A DNA stretch of 64,000 bases from Nitrosopumilus sp. (GTDB taxonomy: Archaea; Thermoproteota; Nitrososphaeria; Nitrososphaerales; Nitrosopumilaceae), in the NCBI GenBank assembly GCA_965197525.1, contig OZ240211.1, forward strand, positions 1,568,001 through 1,632,000. The letters run 5' to 3'. The notes below the pieces were generated by a model. It was not told where the DNA came from and made no database searches. It saw only the letters and a list, made by a program, of their open reading frames with translations. A program made the translations under genes and the position numbers. This document shows positions 48,748 to 59,502 of this stretch, piece by piece (the first letter of the stretch is position 1; each line of letters starts with the position of its first letter).

Positions 48748-50361
48748 TTAACTAGTAGCTACTTTGATTAATTGGCCAGGATTCTTGTCTCTTCCTTCCG
48801 GCAAGTTTGTTATTCCTCCACTCAAACTCTGAGTTTGAATTCCTTTGCTTGCAAGTACGTTGGCTGTCATAAGTGAAGTATTTCCTGCCATGCAAATTAG
48901 TAACGATCTGCCTTTTGATCCTTTTAGATCTTCTTTGAGCTCGTCTGGAACTTGACGTGTTGATAGTAATTGCTCTATGGTGCTTGCGTTTGGTATCTTT
49001 ATTTTTGATTTATCAACTCCAAGGGATTTTGCAATAACTTCTATCCCTTCCTCACGTGGAGTGTATTGAGTATGGACCCAAATAACTTTGTCATAGTCAT
49101 CTACCTTTGATGCTGCTTCTTGTAATGATACTTGGATACTTTCTTTCTCCTTTAGTATCTCCTCTAGATTCTTTCTATACTTTCCTATTCCGTCAGCAAC
49201 AATAATCATAAATTTTGAATTGTTATCCTCTGATATAGATATCATCTTCATTGCTTGGTAAAGTGCAAGAGCTGTACTCTCACCTATATCATGTCCCTTG
49301 TCTACAAAAAATTTTAAGAGGTACTTTGCTTGGTTAAAGTCAACTTCGTGCTCTTCAGCATATATTTCAGGCATGTATAACCCCAATCCTGCTGCTTTAT
49401 CCTTTGTTCTAATTCCTGCAACATCTTGACCTGCAGGAGGGAAAACTACATGTAGTGATTTTTTATTATATTTTTCTGACATGTATTTACTTAAACCACC
49501 TGATGTGCCACCGGTACCAAAAGCACAGATGGTCTTATAGTCTTCTAGACTATCTCCTTTATCATGTAGTTGTTGATCTATCTCTGCTGCGGTAACTGTT
49601 TTATGCACATCAATGTTTAGTTGGTTGTCGTATTGTTCTGGACAGAATAGATCATATATTTTTGCAAGAAATTTTGCTAAATTTATTATATCTTGTTTGG
49701 CCAAAAGTGTCTCTATCTCAGAGATCTCTTTGTCAAATATGTTAATATCAAATCCAAGTCCTACTAACTGTGAGCGAATATTGGCAGCAGCTGCTTTTGC
49801 TGCTAGAGCATTTTGATTATCTTGACTCCCTGGCGCAGGACAGATATCCATATCTAGATCCATAATGTGAATGTTCTCATCACGCAATTCTTTGAAGACA
49901 CCTTCTTGCAGCTTTCTTGACACAAGTGACACTACTTGTATTCCAAGCTTTGATAGTTGCCCTAGTGCTATTCCAAAGTTTCCAGAGGTAGCTTCAATTA
50001 CAGTCTGCCCCTCTCTTAATTTTCCAGTTACAATCGCATCATGTATTATGTGAACTGCTGCTCTTACCTTGATTGAACCACTGATCAGATTAGAGTCAAA
50101 CTTGCCGAAAATTTTCAAACTGCTATTATCTGTAAGATCTAATTTATACACATTTTTTGCACACCCTTTAAAATCATCTGTTAGGTCAACTAATGGTGTA
50201 GGATTAACAATAACGGTTTCATTGTTTTGTTTCTTCTCTTGATGAGGTACCTTGTTCCATATCTCCTTTTCAAATCGTTCAAGTAGACTAGTATCAGCGA
50301 CTCCATCTTCTTGCGTCTTCTTCTTCTTCAATGTATCGTCCATGACTTCTTGTTTTTTCAT
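48748..50361 (-). CDS. PLP-dependent cysteine-synthase-like enzyme with C-terminal rhodanese-like domain
   Basis: SGSIKVR, EATSGNFG, FGTGGT; ICMAGNTS...SLSGGI. Confidence 0.8.
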   Translation of the reverse strand: MKKQEVMDDTLKKKKTQEDGVADTSLLERFEKEIWNKVPHQEKKQNNETVIVNPTPLVDLTDDFKGCAKNVYKLDLTDNSSLKIFGKFDSNLISGSIKVRAAVHIIHDAIVTGKLREGQTVIEATSGNFGIALGQLSKLGIQVVSLVSRKLQEGVFKELRDENIHIMDLDMDICPAPGSQDNQNALAAKAAAANIRSQLVGLGFDINIFDKEISEIETLLAKQDIINLAKFLAKIYDLFCPEQYDNQLNIDVHKTVTAAEIDQQLHDKGDSLEDYKTICAFGTGGTSGGLSKYMSEKYNKKSLHVVFPPAGQDVAGIRTKDKAAGLGLYMPEIYAEEHEVDFNQAKYLLKFFVDKGHDIGESTALALYQAMKMISISEDNNSKFMIIVADGIGKYRKNLEEILKEKESIQVSLQEAASKVDDYDKVIWVHTQYTPREEGIEVIAKSLGVDKSKIKIPNASTIEQLLSTRQVPDELKEDLKGSKGRSLLICMAGNTSLMTANVLASKGIQTQSLSGGITNLPEGRDKNPGQLIKVATS

Positions 50362-50395
50362 GCTCTTATAAAATATCTGATATGACTATCTTATA

Positions 50396-51961
50396 TCATA
50401 CATTTAAAATATTGATTACTTTGTTTGGAATATCCTTTAATCTACTAACTGCCATGGTTTTTTCATAGCCTAGATGTCTCAAGTTATTGGTTATCGTAGT
50501 GGCCCTTACCGTATTTGGCCCTAATCCTAATGCAACCATGCTAATTCCTAACCCTTTAAACGATTTGACCATGCCTCTTACAGCATTTGGATCTGATGGT
50601 TCGCCATCAGTTAATGTCAAGAAAATATCCGGTCTCTTTGATTGCAATACGTTGAACATCTTGTCGTAGATCTCAGCTAGCGGTGTTGAACCGTTTGCAA
50701 CAATCTGTGCCAATCTCTTTGCAGTTATGCTGTTCCACTTGACGTTTTCAGGTTTTATCGCCCAGCAGATCATCGCTCTATTTTCTGTATTAAACGCGTA
50801 CACTGCAAACTTTACCTGCAGAAAAGATAAAACCTCACACAGTGCCAAAGTCGCTTTTTTATACTCTTTGGCATCAGATGCGATACTTGAGGAGTGATCT
50901 AGCAGTATTACGATTTTGGTCTTGATGGATTTCTTGACGTCTGTGAAGAATGGTTTATGACCATCCATGTAACTCTCCTCATCGAACTCTTCACCTGTTC
51001 GCAAATGCTGTTCTCTCCAACCTGTTCTCCACTCCTTGAATTTCATCTTTAATCCATTAATCAAACTCATATCGTAAATTGTTGTTTCATCAACATTACT
51101 TGTTGATGGAATTTGAATACCTATTGTCTCTGATGCCACTCCTCTATTCTCTGTTTTTTTATTCTCATCAAGTAATACCTTGTATTCCTGATACACGTTA
51201 TCACCTTGGATGATAGCTGCTGAATCAACTTTACCGAATTCTCCTTCTTTGTTTTTAGCTATTATCTTGAGTATTCTAAGCAATTCTTCTTGCGTTAATG
51301 CCATACCCGCTTTCATAAATGCCAGAGATACTGGAATTGTCAAAAGCGAATCAATCTCTAGTATCTTAATGATTGTACCTATCTTCGTTTCAAGCCATTT
51401 GGTATCTTGTTCTTCATCAATCGCTTGCTTGATAATCCGTTTTGCAAATACAACCGCTTTTTTTACCTTCTCTAAGCTACTTGATTGTATCTCTCCTTTG
51501 ATTGCTCCAAACATAAAATATTGATAAAATGCTTCAACAATTCTTGCTCTTCCATACACTGTATGCAGTTGAGGCCTTGCAATAAGCATGTATGTATAGT
51601 TAAAGATTACTTCCTCATCCATTCCCTTCCAAATCTTTCTTCCTAAATGTTCAATTCGCTGTGTCTCTATTGTATTGAGGATGAATCCAAATGCATGATC
51701 ATTACTAAGTATCTCTTTACAATGTTTCATTCGCATCGCTTCGTACCACAACGATGTTCTAAACTGTCTATATTTCTGAAAATCGTCTCCTATTCTTTTC
51801 TTTAGTGGAGTTATGATTATCTTGTTCTCTTTCAGCCTTGTTCTAGTTTCTGTCTTTTCTGATATCTCTACTATGACGCCATCTTTTTCAGACCATCGTC
51901 TAACTAGAAAAGTTGCGATCTCTATTAACGAATCATTTTGTAATGAAGTGATTGATTGCAT
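50396..51961 (-). CDS. vWA domain protein (MoxR partner)
   Basis: MIDAS motif LLDHSSS, NGSTPL, LTDGEP. Confidence 0.88.
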   Translation of the reverse strand: MQSITSLQNDSLIEIATFLVRRWSEKDGVIVEISEKTETRTRLKENKIIITPLKKRIGDDFQKYRQFRTSLWYEAMRMKHCKEILSNDHAFGFILNTIETQRIEHLGRKIWKGMDEEVIFNYTYMLIARPQLHTVYGRARIVEAFYQYFMFGAIKGEIQSSSLEKVKKAVVFAKRIIKQAIDEEQDTKWLETKIGTIIKILEIDSLLTIPVSLAFMKAGMALTQEELLRILKIIAKNKEGEFGKVDSAAIIQGDNVYQEYKVLLDENKKTENRGVASETIGIQIPSTSNVDETTIYDMSLINGLKMKFKEWRTGWREQHLRTGEEFDEESYMDGHKPFFTDVKKSIKTKIVILLDHSSSIASDAKEYKKATLALCEVLSFLQVKFAVYAFNTENRAMICWAIKPENVKWNSITAKRLAQIVANGSTPLAEIYDKMFNVLQSKRPDIFLTLTDGEPSDPNAVRGMVKSFKGLGISMVALGLGPNTVRATTITNNLRHLGYEKTMAVSRLKDIPNKVINILNV

Positions 51962-52759
51962 TTAACTCTCAAACATGGATGTAATAATGTCACTTACTTT
52001 TTGATATTCAATATCTCCCCATTGGGCATACACATTTCCAAAAACAATATGTGCAATCTCTTGCGGTGATGATTTTCCGTTCAGTAATCTTCCAAAGGCA
52101 ATTGTCTCCCTTAAACTAGGAGAGTAAAACAACTCTTCAACAGCCGCTGCCTGTCTTAACGTATTTGCTAGTTTGATTGCTTGAACTATCTCTGCTTCGT
52201 TGATGTTTCCTGTTACATGTCTTTTTACAATTTCTAGTTCTATGTTCTCTGGAGGATATTCTAACCTAATTCGTACGGGGAATCTGCTTAGTAACTGTGG
52301 TGGCAGTTCTTTTGTTCCTGTATGTGTTAATGGATTAATTGTTGAAACTACAAACCAACTTTCTTTTGCTTTGATGGTATCTCCTGTTGACTCTTTTAGT
52401 ACTATCTGTCGTCTGTCATCTAATGCTTCGTCTAATCTGAGCAGAACGTCTGCTTCTGCTGAATTAATCTCATCTAAATATAACATATCCCCCCTCTTCA
52501 TTGATTTTACCAAGAGTCCCTCTTCAAAATTTACGGTTCCTTCGTTGAGCGTCTTTGTGCCAATTAGGTGACTCTCTCTTGTTCTAAGGCTAAAGTTAAT
52601 TGATGCCAAATTTGCATTCTTACTTTTTGCAAACTCTCTTACCAGTGATGTTTTTCCTGTTCCTTTTGGACCTATAATTAAAACAAAAAGACCGACCTCA
52701 TATGCCTTGTTTAAAATTTGAATTGAGTTATTCCAATCAAGATATTGAATCTCTTCCAA
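51962..52759 (-). CDS. MoxR/CbbQ/NorQ-type AAA+ ATPase
   Basis: GPKGTGKT, LYLDEIN, TINP, LLSRF. Confidence 0.9.
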   Translation of the reverse strand: MEEIQYLDWNNSIQILNKAYEVGLFVLIIGPKGTGKTSLVREFAKSKNANLASINFSLRTRESHLIGTKTLNEGTVNFEEGLLVKSMKRGDMLYLDEINSAEADVLLRLDEALDDRRQIVLKESTGDTIKAKESWFVVSTINPLTHTGTKELPPQLLSRFPVRIRLEYPPENIELEIVKRHVTGNINEAEIVQAIKLANTLRQAAAVEELFYSPSLRETIAFGRLLNGKSSPQEIAHIVFGNVYAQWGDIEYQKVSDIITSMFES

Positions 52760-52803
52760 AGTAAATCTTCATTAATTTAAACGATATTTAACGTTAGGTA
52801 TCA

Positions 52804-54279
52804 TTATGCCCCAAACGATTCTACTTTTGTAAATGCCTCATTGAGTCTTTGATGCAACGTTTTATGCCACTCTTTGAATCCTGATGGGTCTTGCGGATAA
52901 TTATTATAATGTTCTACTAACCATTGATTCTGTTTTGACGTATACTTGAGCCCATCTGCAACCGTTTTATTCATCGCACCTCTGATAATCATTCCAATCT
53001 TTCCCAATCCTGAGAAATCCGGATGCTCTCCCTTGCTAATTGACTCTACATCCATATTTCCCAAAAAGTGCTTCATACCATAGCTTATCTGTTCGTTTGT
53101 CATTTGCTGTACTAGTCTTCTAAATAATTCCAGACCTGCAGTTTTGTATCCATACTCTCTGATAAAATCTAGATTATATTGCCATAAACCTGCTTCAGAG
53201 ACGTCATCTGCTTGTAGTGCTTGCGCTACATTATTTCCAATAATTGTGCCTGCAATTAAAGCGGGGCCTATCCCGCCTGCATCAATTGGTTTTGGCATCC
53301 ATGCAGAATCTCCTACCATCATATATCCTGCTGACACCATACAGTCATTTTGCCTTCTGACTGAAACTTGAAAGACTCCTGAATTGTTATTGATGTCTTC
53401 AGGATCTTCTGAGAGTTTTGCGTTTTTTATTGCCGTGTTTCTATACAAGTATTCTTTCATCAATGATTCAACATTGTCTTTTTTACTCAATCTCTTGTTT
53501 CTCTTATCTAGGAGAGATTTTTCTACTCCTAAACCAATGTTGACTTTGTTGTCGTCTTTTGGAAAAACCCATCCATATCCGCCGGGGGCAATGTCTTGAT
53601 CTAGATGTATTATACAATAATCAGGATCGAATTCTGTCAGATCTTTTTGTCCCTGATCAAAGTACATAATGTATCTTCCAGTAGATTCCAAATCTCGTCT
53701 GTCTATCCTTCTTTCTATTTTGGTAGAATTTTGTAATCCATTTCTAAGCATAGAAGTTACACCTGTCGCATCAATTACAATCCTTGATGTCTTTTTGAAG
53801 GGTTGTTTTGTCTTGTTATCTACGCCTTGAATTCCTACTACTTGCTGCTCTTCATACATTAAACCTGTGATATTAATCTCATACTCAAAGTCGACACCTA
53901 TTTTTTGACATCGCTGGTTTTGAATTTCAGGTAATTTTTGACGATTTAACATGTATCCTGCACCGTCAAATGGGATTCCTGTCTTTCTGTCAGGCGAGAA
54001 TGCCATGACCCCTTTGACGTCGTGCTCTATCTCTGGCCCATTCCATGCAATTTTGATTCTCTCTGTCATAAAATCGACTGCTTCTTTAGAGCATGCATCA
54101 CCGCATACCCAGCCTGCCAATGATTTTCTGCCTGGTACAAACTCTGTATTTCTATCTACAACTAGGACCCTTGCGTTTTGATTTGAGTAATGTGATATAG
54201 CTTGTGCTGTAATCGTACCTGCAAGACCCCCGCCTGCAACTATGACGTCATAATCTGCCATATACTTGAGTTTGTTCAT
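52804..54279 (-). CDS. Geranylgeranyl reductase family flavoprotein
   Basis: VAGGGLAG, VCGDA, GYGWVFPK, VGDSA...PIDAGGIG. Confidence 0.88.
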   Translation of the reverse strand: MNKLKYMADYDVIVAGGGLAGTITAQAISHYSNQNARVLVVDRNTEFVPGRKSLAGWVCGDACSKEAVDFMTERIKIAWNGPEIEHDVKGVMAFSPDRKTGIPFDGAGYMLNRQKLPEIQNQRCQKIGVDFEYEINITGLMYEEQQVVGIQGVDNKTKQPFKKTSRIVIDATGVTSMLRNGLQNSTKIERRIDRRDLESTGRYIMYFDQGQKDLTEFDPDYCIIHLDQDIAPGGYGWVFPKDDNKVNIGLGVEKSLLDKRNKRLSKKDNVESLMKEYLYRNTAIKNAKLSEDPEDINNNSGVFQVSVRRQNDCMVSAGYMMVGDSAWMPKPIDAGGIGPALIAGTIIGNNVAQALQADDVSEAGLWQYNLDFIREYGYKTAGLELFRRLVQQMTNEQISYGMKHFLGNMDVESISKGEHPDFSGLGKIGMIIRGAMNKTVADGLKYTSKQNQWLVEHYNNYPQDPSGFKEWHKTLHQRLNEAFTKVESFGA

Positions 54280-54340
54280 CGGTATTTAAAATAATGCTAT
54301 GTCATGTCCTTGAGTAATCATCTACTAATTGATTAAAGAT

Positions 54341-54408
54341 GGGTCGGTTCGTCGCGGCTTCTTCATGGTTTTCACTCAGACTGGAGCGGCTAATATCTCC
54401 TCATTCCC
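54341..54408 (-). ncRNA. C/D box sRNA; D' guide predicted for 23S rRNA Gm2251 (E. coli numbering)
   Basis: GGG-A-AUGAGGA(C)...GCCGCUCCAGU-CUGA(D')...AUGAAGA(C')-AGCCGCGACGAA-CCGA(D)-CCC; terminal GGG/CCC stem. Confidence 0.75.
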
Positions 54409-54438
54409 AAATTTTTATGTCCTGCCGTTCCTATTTAA

Positions 54439-54867
54439 TCAGTTGGCAGTTTGAAGAATTTCTGTAAATATCTTGACTGTATCTTTTTTATGGTAAATCG
54501 GAGTAAAAATTTTTAGCTTTATTGCACCTCCTCCTTCTCTGATTGTTAATCTCCCTTTGACTAGTTCTTGCTTATCCAACCTCATGTGAAGCCTAGAGTT
54601 TACCGTCCTCTCTTCGATCTGTTCTGCCAGCTCCGTTATTTGCTGTGTAGGTAATAGTTCAAGCATTTTGTCTACAACCTTTTGAGCCTGCTTCTTTTCA
54701 ATTTTTACATTTAGCATAATTATTGAGTTCTCAAAATGTCCTTGAATCTTATTAATTGTAAAATCTTCTTTTTGTATATCTAATATTTCAAAAGCCTCGA
54801 AAATTTTTGAAATATTCTCCGTTGCGTGAACAATTACATCTATTGTAACCTGAATCTTACTAATCAT
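54439..54867 (-). CDS. Archaeal RNA-binding protein (DUF54 family)
   Basis: VIVHATE...GHFEN...LHMRLDKQ motifs; typical neighbour of rps3ae. Confidence 0.75.
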   Translation of the reverse strand: MISKIQVTIDVIVHATENISKIFEAFEILDIQKEDFTINKIQGHFENSIIMLNVKIEKKQAQKVVDKMLELLPTQQITELAEQIEERTVNSRLHMRLDKQELVKGRLTIREGGGAIKLKIFTPIYHKKDTVKIFTEILQTAN

Positions 54868-54912
54868 TATTGTAATTTTAAAAATATTCAGATGTTGTTA
54901 TTACTGTTGTTA

Positions 54913-55524
54913 CTATGCTTCAAGTAGTTTTGTCTCTTTATCTGCTGTTCTGACAAGTTTTACCTTCTCTAAACCTACATGTCGAACCCTGATCACTTTC
55001 TTAAATGCTGCCATGATATCTGAATTAATCTTACTGTAACATGTTGCTTGAACAAATTGGTCAATTGTCATCTCCGGAATTGTTTTATTAATTATATCTT
55101 GTGCAATTAATCTAAGTGCATGTTGTCTTGATGTATTTAGTTGCCTGTGGGTTAGTGCCAGTAGTTTTATTCTAAATATGTACCCGTCTTTTGTTTTGAT
55201 GTCGATAAAAAAGTTGATCTTTGAGGAACCACGTCTAATCAAACTACGTAAAAATTCTTTTGAATACTCGTATCTCTTGAAAATTGTTGATGCTTTATCG
55301 CCGTCAACTTTGACAATCTGGAAATAAATTTTGTATTGGTGCTGTGAGGGGTCTCCTTTTAGAATGTCGTATAGTGTGACCTCTAATACTCTCCCTTCTG
55401 CGTTTTGATCATCGGTAATTGGTACATAGGCAATTGGGACATTGTTAAATGAGTCAGGTGCATATGCTGTAATCCAGCGTTTCTCTCTCCACTTGTCTTT
55501 TACTCTGCTCTTTCTACGTGCCAA
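54913..55524 (-). CDS. rps3ae: 30S ribosomal protein S3Ae (eS1)
   Basis: KDKWREKRW, GRVLEVTLYDI, SLIRRGSSKI. Confidence 0.95.
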   Translation of the reverse strand: MARRKSRVKDKWREKRWITAYAPDSFNNVPIAYVPITDDQNAEGRVLEVTLYDILKGDPSQHQYKIYFQIVKVDGDKASTIFKRYEYSKEFLRSLIRRGSSKINFFIDIKTKDGYIFRIKLLALTHRQLNTSRQHALRLIAQDIINKTIPEMTIDQFVQATCYSKINSDIMAAFKKVIRVRHVGLEKVKLVRTADKETKLLEA

Positions 55525-55563
55525 TTATTAACGACCTTTAAATCCAAAATATAAGGGTAGTCA

Positions 55564-56853
55564 TTAAGAGATCTCCTTTTGTTCACTGTTGCCCATATAC
55601 CTTCGTAAAATCTTGGGAATTGTAATATGCCCGTCCTTAGTTTGGAAATTCTCTATAATTGCTACTAAAACCCGCGTTGTAGCAATTAACGTACTGTTTA
55701 GCGTGTGTAGATATTGGGTATCCTCGTTTGTCTTATCTCTGAATCTAATCTTTAATCTTCGTGCTTGATATTCTAAGCAGTTTGAGCATGAAACAACTTC
55801 CCTGTATGCTTTTTGTCCTGCCATCCATGCTTCAATATCATACGTTTTTGCTGAAACTTTTCCCATGTCTCCAGTTGAGAGTAGCATAACTTTGTATGGG
55901 ATCTCCAAATTTTGATAAAATTCTTCTGCAACCATTAACATTTGTTCATGCTCTCTCCAAGAATCCTCAGGCCTCGAAAATACGAATTGTTCTATTTTGT
56001 CAAATTGATGAACTCTAAAGATTCCTTTCTGATCCCTTCCATGCGCTCCTGCCTCTTTTCTAAAACATGGACTTGTACCTGCATATCTTATTGGCAGTTC
56101 TCCACCTTCTATGATCTCCTTTTGATGCATTGCTGCCATGGCGTGCTCTGATGTTCCAATCATGTATAGATCCTCATCTTCAACTTTGTATATGACCTCT
56201 TCAAAATCATCTGCAATAATTGCGCCGTCCATAGATTCTTTATTTATCATATACGGAGGTTGTAAAAGGGAATATCCCTTTTCTGCAAGAAAATCCAGTC
56301 CGTAGTGGATTAGTGCTTGGTTTAATCTTACAAGATCATTCTTTAGATAGTAGAACCTAGCCCCTGATACCTTTGCTGCACGCCGCAGATCTACTAAATT
56401 CAAATTTTCTGAAATGGTTATGTGATCATCGGGTCTAAAATCAAAATTTGGTATGCCGCCCCATCTTCTTACTTCTTTGTTAGAAGATTCATCCGTTCCT
56501 ATTGGAACTGATTTGTCAATTAGATTTGGCAGCGTGGATGCTAATTTTGAATATGCCCTTTTAATGTTGTCTTGCTCTGATTCCAATTTTGCCAGTTGCA
56601 TTGATATATTTTTCATCTCGGTTAATTGTGATGACACGTCATCATCATCATCATTCTTCTTTGCTTTCTTTTTTTGCGAAATCTCTGTCCCAATCTTGTT
56701 CTTCTTTTCTCGTAATTGATCAGTTTTTACTATATACTCTCGTCGTTTTTGATCCGCATTAATCAGTGCTTGTAAATCAAAATCTACACATCTTGCTTTG
56801 AGCATGTCTTCAATAACCTGTGGGTTTTCTTTGATTAGTTTTGGATCTAACAT
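55564..56853 (-). CDS. serS: Seryl-tRNA synthetase
   Basis: GTSEH, FRKEAG, GIFRVHQFDKIE, SCSNC, HTLNST. Confidence 0.97.
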   Translation of the reverse strand: MLDPKLIKENPQVIEDMLKARCVDFDLQALINADQKRREYIVKTDQLREKKNKIGTEISQKKKAKKNDDDDDVSSQLTEMKNISMQLAKLESEQDNIKRAYSKLASTLPNLIDKSVPIGTDESSNKEVRRWGGIPNFDFRPDDHITISENLNLVDLRRAAKVSGARFYYLKNDLVRLNQALIHYGLDFLAEKGYSLLQPPYMINKESMDGAIIADDFEEVIYKVEDEDLYMIGTSEHAMAAMHQKEIIEGGELPIRYAGTSPCFRKEAGAHGRDQKGIFRVHQFDKIEQFVFSRPEDSWREHEQMLMVAEEFYQNLEIPYKVMLLSTGDMGKVSAKTYDIEAWMAGQKAYREVVSCSNCLEYQARRLKIRFRDKTNEDTQYLHTLNSTLIATTRVLVAIIENFQTKDGHITIPKILRRYMGNSEQKEIS

Positions 56854-57095
56854 TATTGAATCACTTTTAAAGCCACCTGAATATGTTCAACTACTTCATC
56901 TACTGTGCTGACAAGCTGTTTGATGTTCTTCATACTTTTAAAATTAAAAACTAGCTTGTTATCAATATTTTCAACATAAAGGCTCAATCCTTCTGGAAAC
57001 TCTACATTATCTGGTTCAATAGCATCTCTGATTGCTTTTGCTTCTTTTACAGTTACGTTGTTGAGAACCAGCTGTAGCTTACACGTTAATGACAT
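56853..57095 (-). CDS. pcc1: KEOPS subunit Pcc1
   Basis: 80 aa; AIEPDN...LVSTVDEV; position next to serS. Confidence 0.75.
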   Translation of the reverse strand: MSLTCKLQLVLNNVTVKEAKAIRDAIEPDNVEFPEGLSLYVENIDNKLVFNFKSMKNIKQLVSTVDEVVEHIQVALKVIQ

Positions 57096-58488
57096 TTGCT
57101 TCTAGATATTTGAGAAATTCCTCTAATTTGTCTCTAGTTATTTCTGCTCTACCGGTGGCAGCATTTTGACCTCCGCCTGTTCCGCCAAATTTTTCAGCAC
57201 CTTTCTGCATCACGTCACTGAGATCAATATCTGATTTGCAACCAATAGATTTCTTTGCAGAAAATTTTACTGCATTGTTGTTTCTTTTTGCCCTTAAAAT
57301 TATAATTTTGCCTGAATTTTTAGGCGAGCCTGCCATTAGAGATGTAATGGTTCCAGTCATTGTATCTTGTACTATGTCCTCACCGTTTATCATTATACAC
57401 GTCTCATTCTCTGAAATCCTCCACCTCTGATTTGATAAAACATTCATGCACTCTTTGATTATATTTCTGTAGTCAGCTAAGATACCTTCTGATTTATGTA
57501 AAATACCGGCATCTCTATCTCCCATACATATTGATACTCCTATACCTGAATTGTTAATCCTTCCACATGCGTTTAACATGGTTGAGAATTCTCTTCCATC
57601 TCTCAAAAAGCTCTTTTTATCTTCTCTTGGAAACGTATACGTATACCCGATTAAATCTGACATTATTTCAGTAATATTATTCCCAGAAGCAAATTTTGTA
57701 ATCAATTCAACTACTTGGCTTTTTTCACTCTCCTCTAATTCTGCCGGAACTCTCCACTTACCTTTGTCTTTTAGCTTAATTTTTGAATCTAGTAGCGCAA
57801 GGCATGCATCTCTATTCCATGCCAATCCTTCAACAAATGGTTGTGATGTCAGCGATAAAGCATCTGCAAGTGGTTTTGTCTCTCTTCCTACTAGCAGTAA
57901 ATCTAGGTCATTTTCTAACAACTCTTGTTTTTTAGCCGTATTTGCAATTTCAAAATTTTTGCCTACAAGTGATCTCTTTTCTCCTTTGTCCTGTCTGTCT
58001 CCTAATGCTGCAACCACTGCAATGGCTGATAGATCCAAGTTTTTTTCATCTATTTCCATTGATGCAAGATAAGCCATTCCACCTGTACATATATCCACTC
58101 CTCCATCAATTCCATATTTCCACGAGTTGATAACATTTTGATTCTCTATCTCTTCATCTGATATTGGATGATGATCTAAAATGACCCATTCATCTTTTAA
58201 TGTTTTATCCAACTCATCTGCAAATCCTCCTCCTAGATCAGCTATTATGTGAAAATCTCTAGAATCTGTCTTGAACGATTTGATTACATCTTTATTCAAT
58301 TCTTTTATTGTTCTAACAGTACATTTAGCACCTGTTCGTATCAGAGCTTTGGCAATTATACTACCTGACGCAATTCCATCGCAGTCCATATGTGTTATCA
58401 CAGAAATTGATCTGTTGGATTTTACGCAGTCTAAAATTTTATCTTTGAATAGTGAAAGTGATTCATCAAGCGTCGTTGTTACCATCAC
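57079..58488 (-). CDS. DHH/DHHA1 family phosphoesterase (RecJ-like)
   Basis: THMDCDG, DLGGG, LDHH, GDRQD, GGGQNAA (DHHA1 variant). Confidence 0.9.
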   Translation of the reverse strand: MMVTTTLDESLSLFKDKILDCVKSNRSISVITHMDCDGIASGSIIAKALIRTGAKCTVRTIKELNKDVIKSFKTDSRDFHIIADLGGGFADELDKTLKDEWVILDHHPISDEEIENQNVINSWKYGIDGGVDICTGGMAYLASMEIDEKNLDLSAIAVVAALGDRQDKGEKRSLVGKNFEIANTAKKQELLENDLDLLLVGRETKPLADALSLTSQPFVEGLAWNRDACLALLDSKIKLKDKGKWRVPAELEESEKSQVVELITKFASGNNITEIMSDLIGYTYTFPREDKKSFLRDGREFSTMLNACGRINNSGIGVSICMGDRDAGILHKSEGILADYRNIIKECMNVLSNQRWRISENETCIMINGEDIVQDTMTGTITSLMAGSPKNSGKIIILRAKRNNNAVKFSAKKSIGCKSDIDLSDVMQKGAEKFGGTGGGQNAATGRAEITRDKLEEFLKYLEANVINV

Positions 58489-58934
58489 TCTAATTGAGCT
58501 ACTACTGATTTATATTTCCAAGTTTTAGATATTCTACCAATTCTTTTGTAGTATACTGACAATCTATGTACTTTGGCCTCAATTAGTTCTAAAGATCTAA
58601 CATTTCTGTTATCCCCTTTATTGGCTTTGAGATGTCTTTGAAGACCCACTGCTTTTTTAACTATATTTTCAAGATCTTCAGGCATCTCTGGTTTCAGATC
58701 GTGTTCTTCTAAAATTTTACCCATACTTTTTTTGATAATCGGTTTAACTAGTGGAATTGAATGCTGATCTCTTAGTTTTATTCCAATTTGGCTAGGAGTC
58801 AGCCCATCTTTGGAATATTTTACGACCAGTTCTTCAATTTCTGTGGGACTTTGAGTAATCCATGAAGGTGCACGTAGTGTAGATGGCCTAATAGAGTGCG
58901 ATTTACCATGTCTATGAGTATGCATTCGTCCCAT
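58485..58934 (-). CDS. rps15: 30S ribosomal protein S15 (uS15/S13e)
   Basis: MGRMHTHRHGKSHS, LRDQHSIP, PEDLENI. Confidence 0.97.
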   Translation of the reverse strand: MGRMHTHRHGKSHSIRPSTLRAPSWITQSPTEIEELVVKYSKDGLTPSQIGIKLRDQHSIPLVKPIIKKSMGKILEEHDLKPEMPEDLENIVKKAVGLQRHLKANKGDNRNVRSLELIEAKVHRLSVYYKRIGRISKTWKYKSVVAQLE

Positions 58935-59058
58935 GATCTCGCTAATTTTAGAGCAGAATTAAACGTTTCTTATAACTAGTTTTGTCAATTTTCTTTAAAT
59001 TTAGGAATAGAATAAAAGTTAAATAAGTCTCTAGATTCAAAACGAGTAGGTAAACAGT

Positions 59059-59391
59059 ATGAATACAAAAGTACTATTAACAGCGTCCTTAATTGCTGTC
59101 TTCGCTATTGGACTCTCTGCCGATGATGCAATGGTATTTGCACAGTATTTCGGCAATGTGGGTGGCCAAGGTGAAACTGGTTCTCATACATTAGAGGAAG
59201 CACTAAAAGTTCAAGCAGCTAGAGTTGCATCTGCAGAAGCTAATCCTGCTGCTGGATCAGGAACTCCAATTATTGGGGTAGATGGTATAGTTGGTGCTTC
59301 AGTTATTGCAGGAGCCGTATTTGGTGGTATTGCAGGTGCCTTCTTCATCAGAGGTAGATCTGGCAAATACGCAGCAATGGGTAGAGGATAA
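59059..59391 (+). CDS. AOA-specific secreted/membrane protein, probable AmoZ-like AMO subunit
   Basis: Signal peptide, TLEEAL...NPAAGSGTP, C-terminal TM and RGRSGKYAAMGRG; the amo assignment is from recall of sequence and context, not verified. Confidence 0.5.
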   Translation: MNTKVLLTASLIAVFAIGLSADDAMVFAQYFGNVGGQGETGSHTLEEALKVQAARVASAEANPAAGSGTPIIGVDGIVGASVIAGAVFGGIAGAFFIRGRSGKYAAMGRG

Positions 59392-59502
59392 AAACTCTAA
59401 CTTTTCTCTTATTTTATTATTTATTGCTAGTGTTTACTAATATTATGTTCTTTTAGGCCTAAAAGAAATGTATATATCGTAGAAATAGAGTTAAAATGTA
59501 CA

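Noticed and set aside
48281-54279. ASCH / PLP enzyme / vWA / MoxR / GGR block as a novel system
   Set aside because: Looks like conserved core AOA gene order with normal composition and no mobility signs
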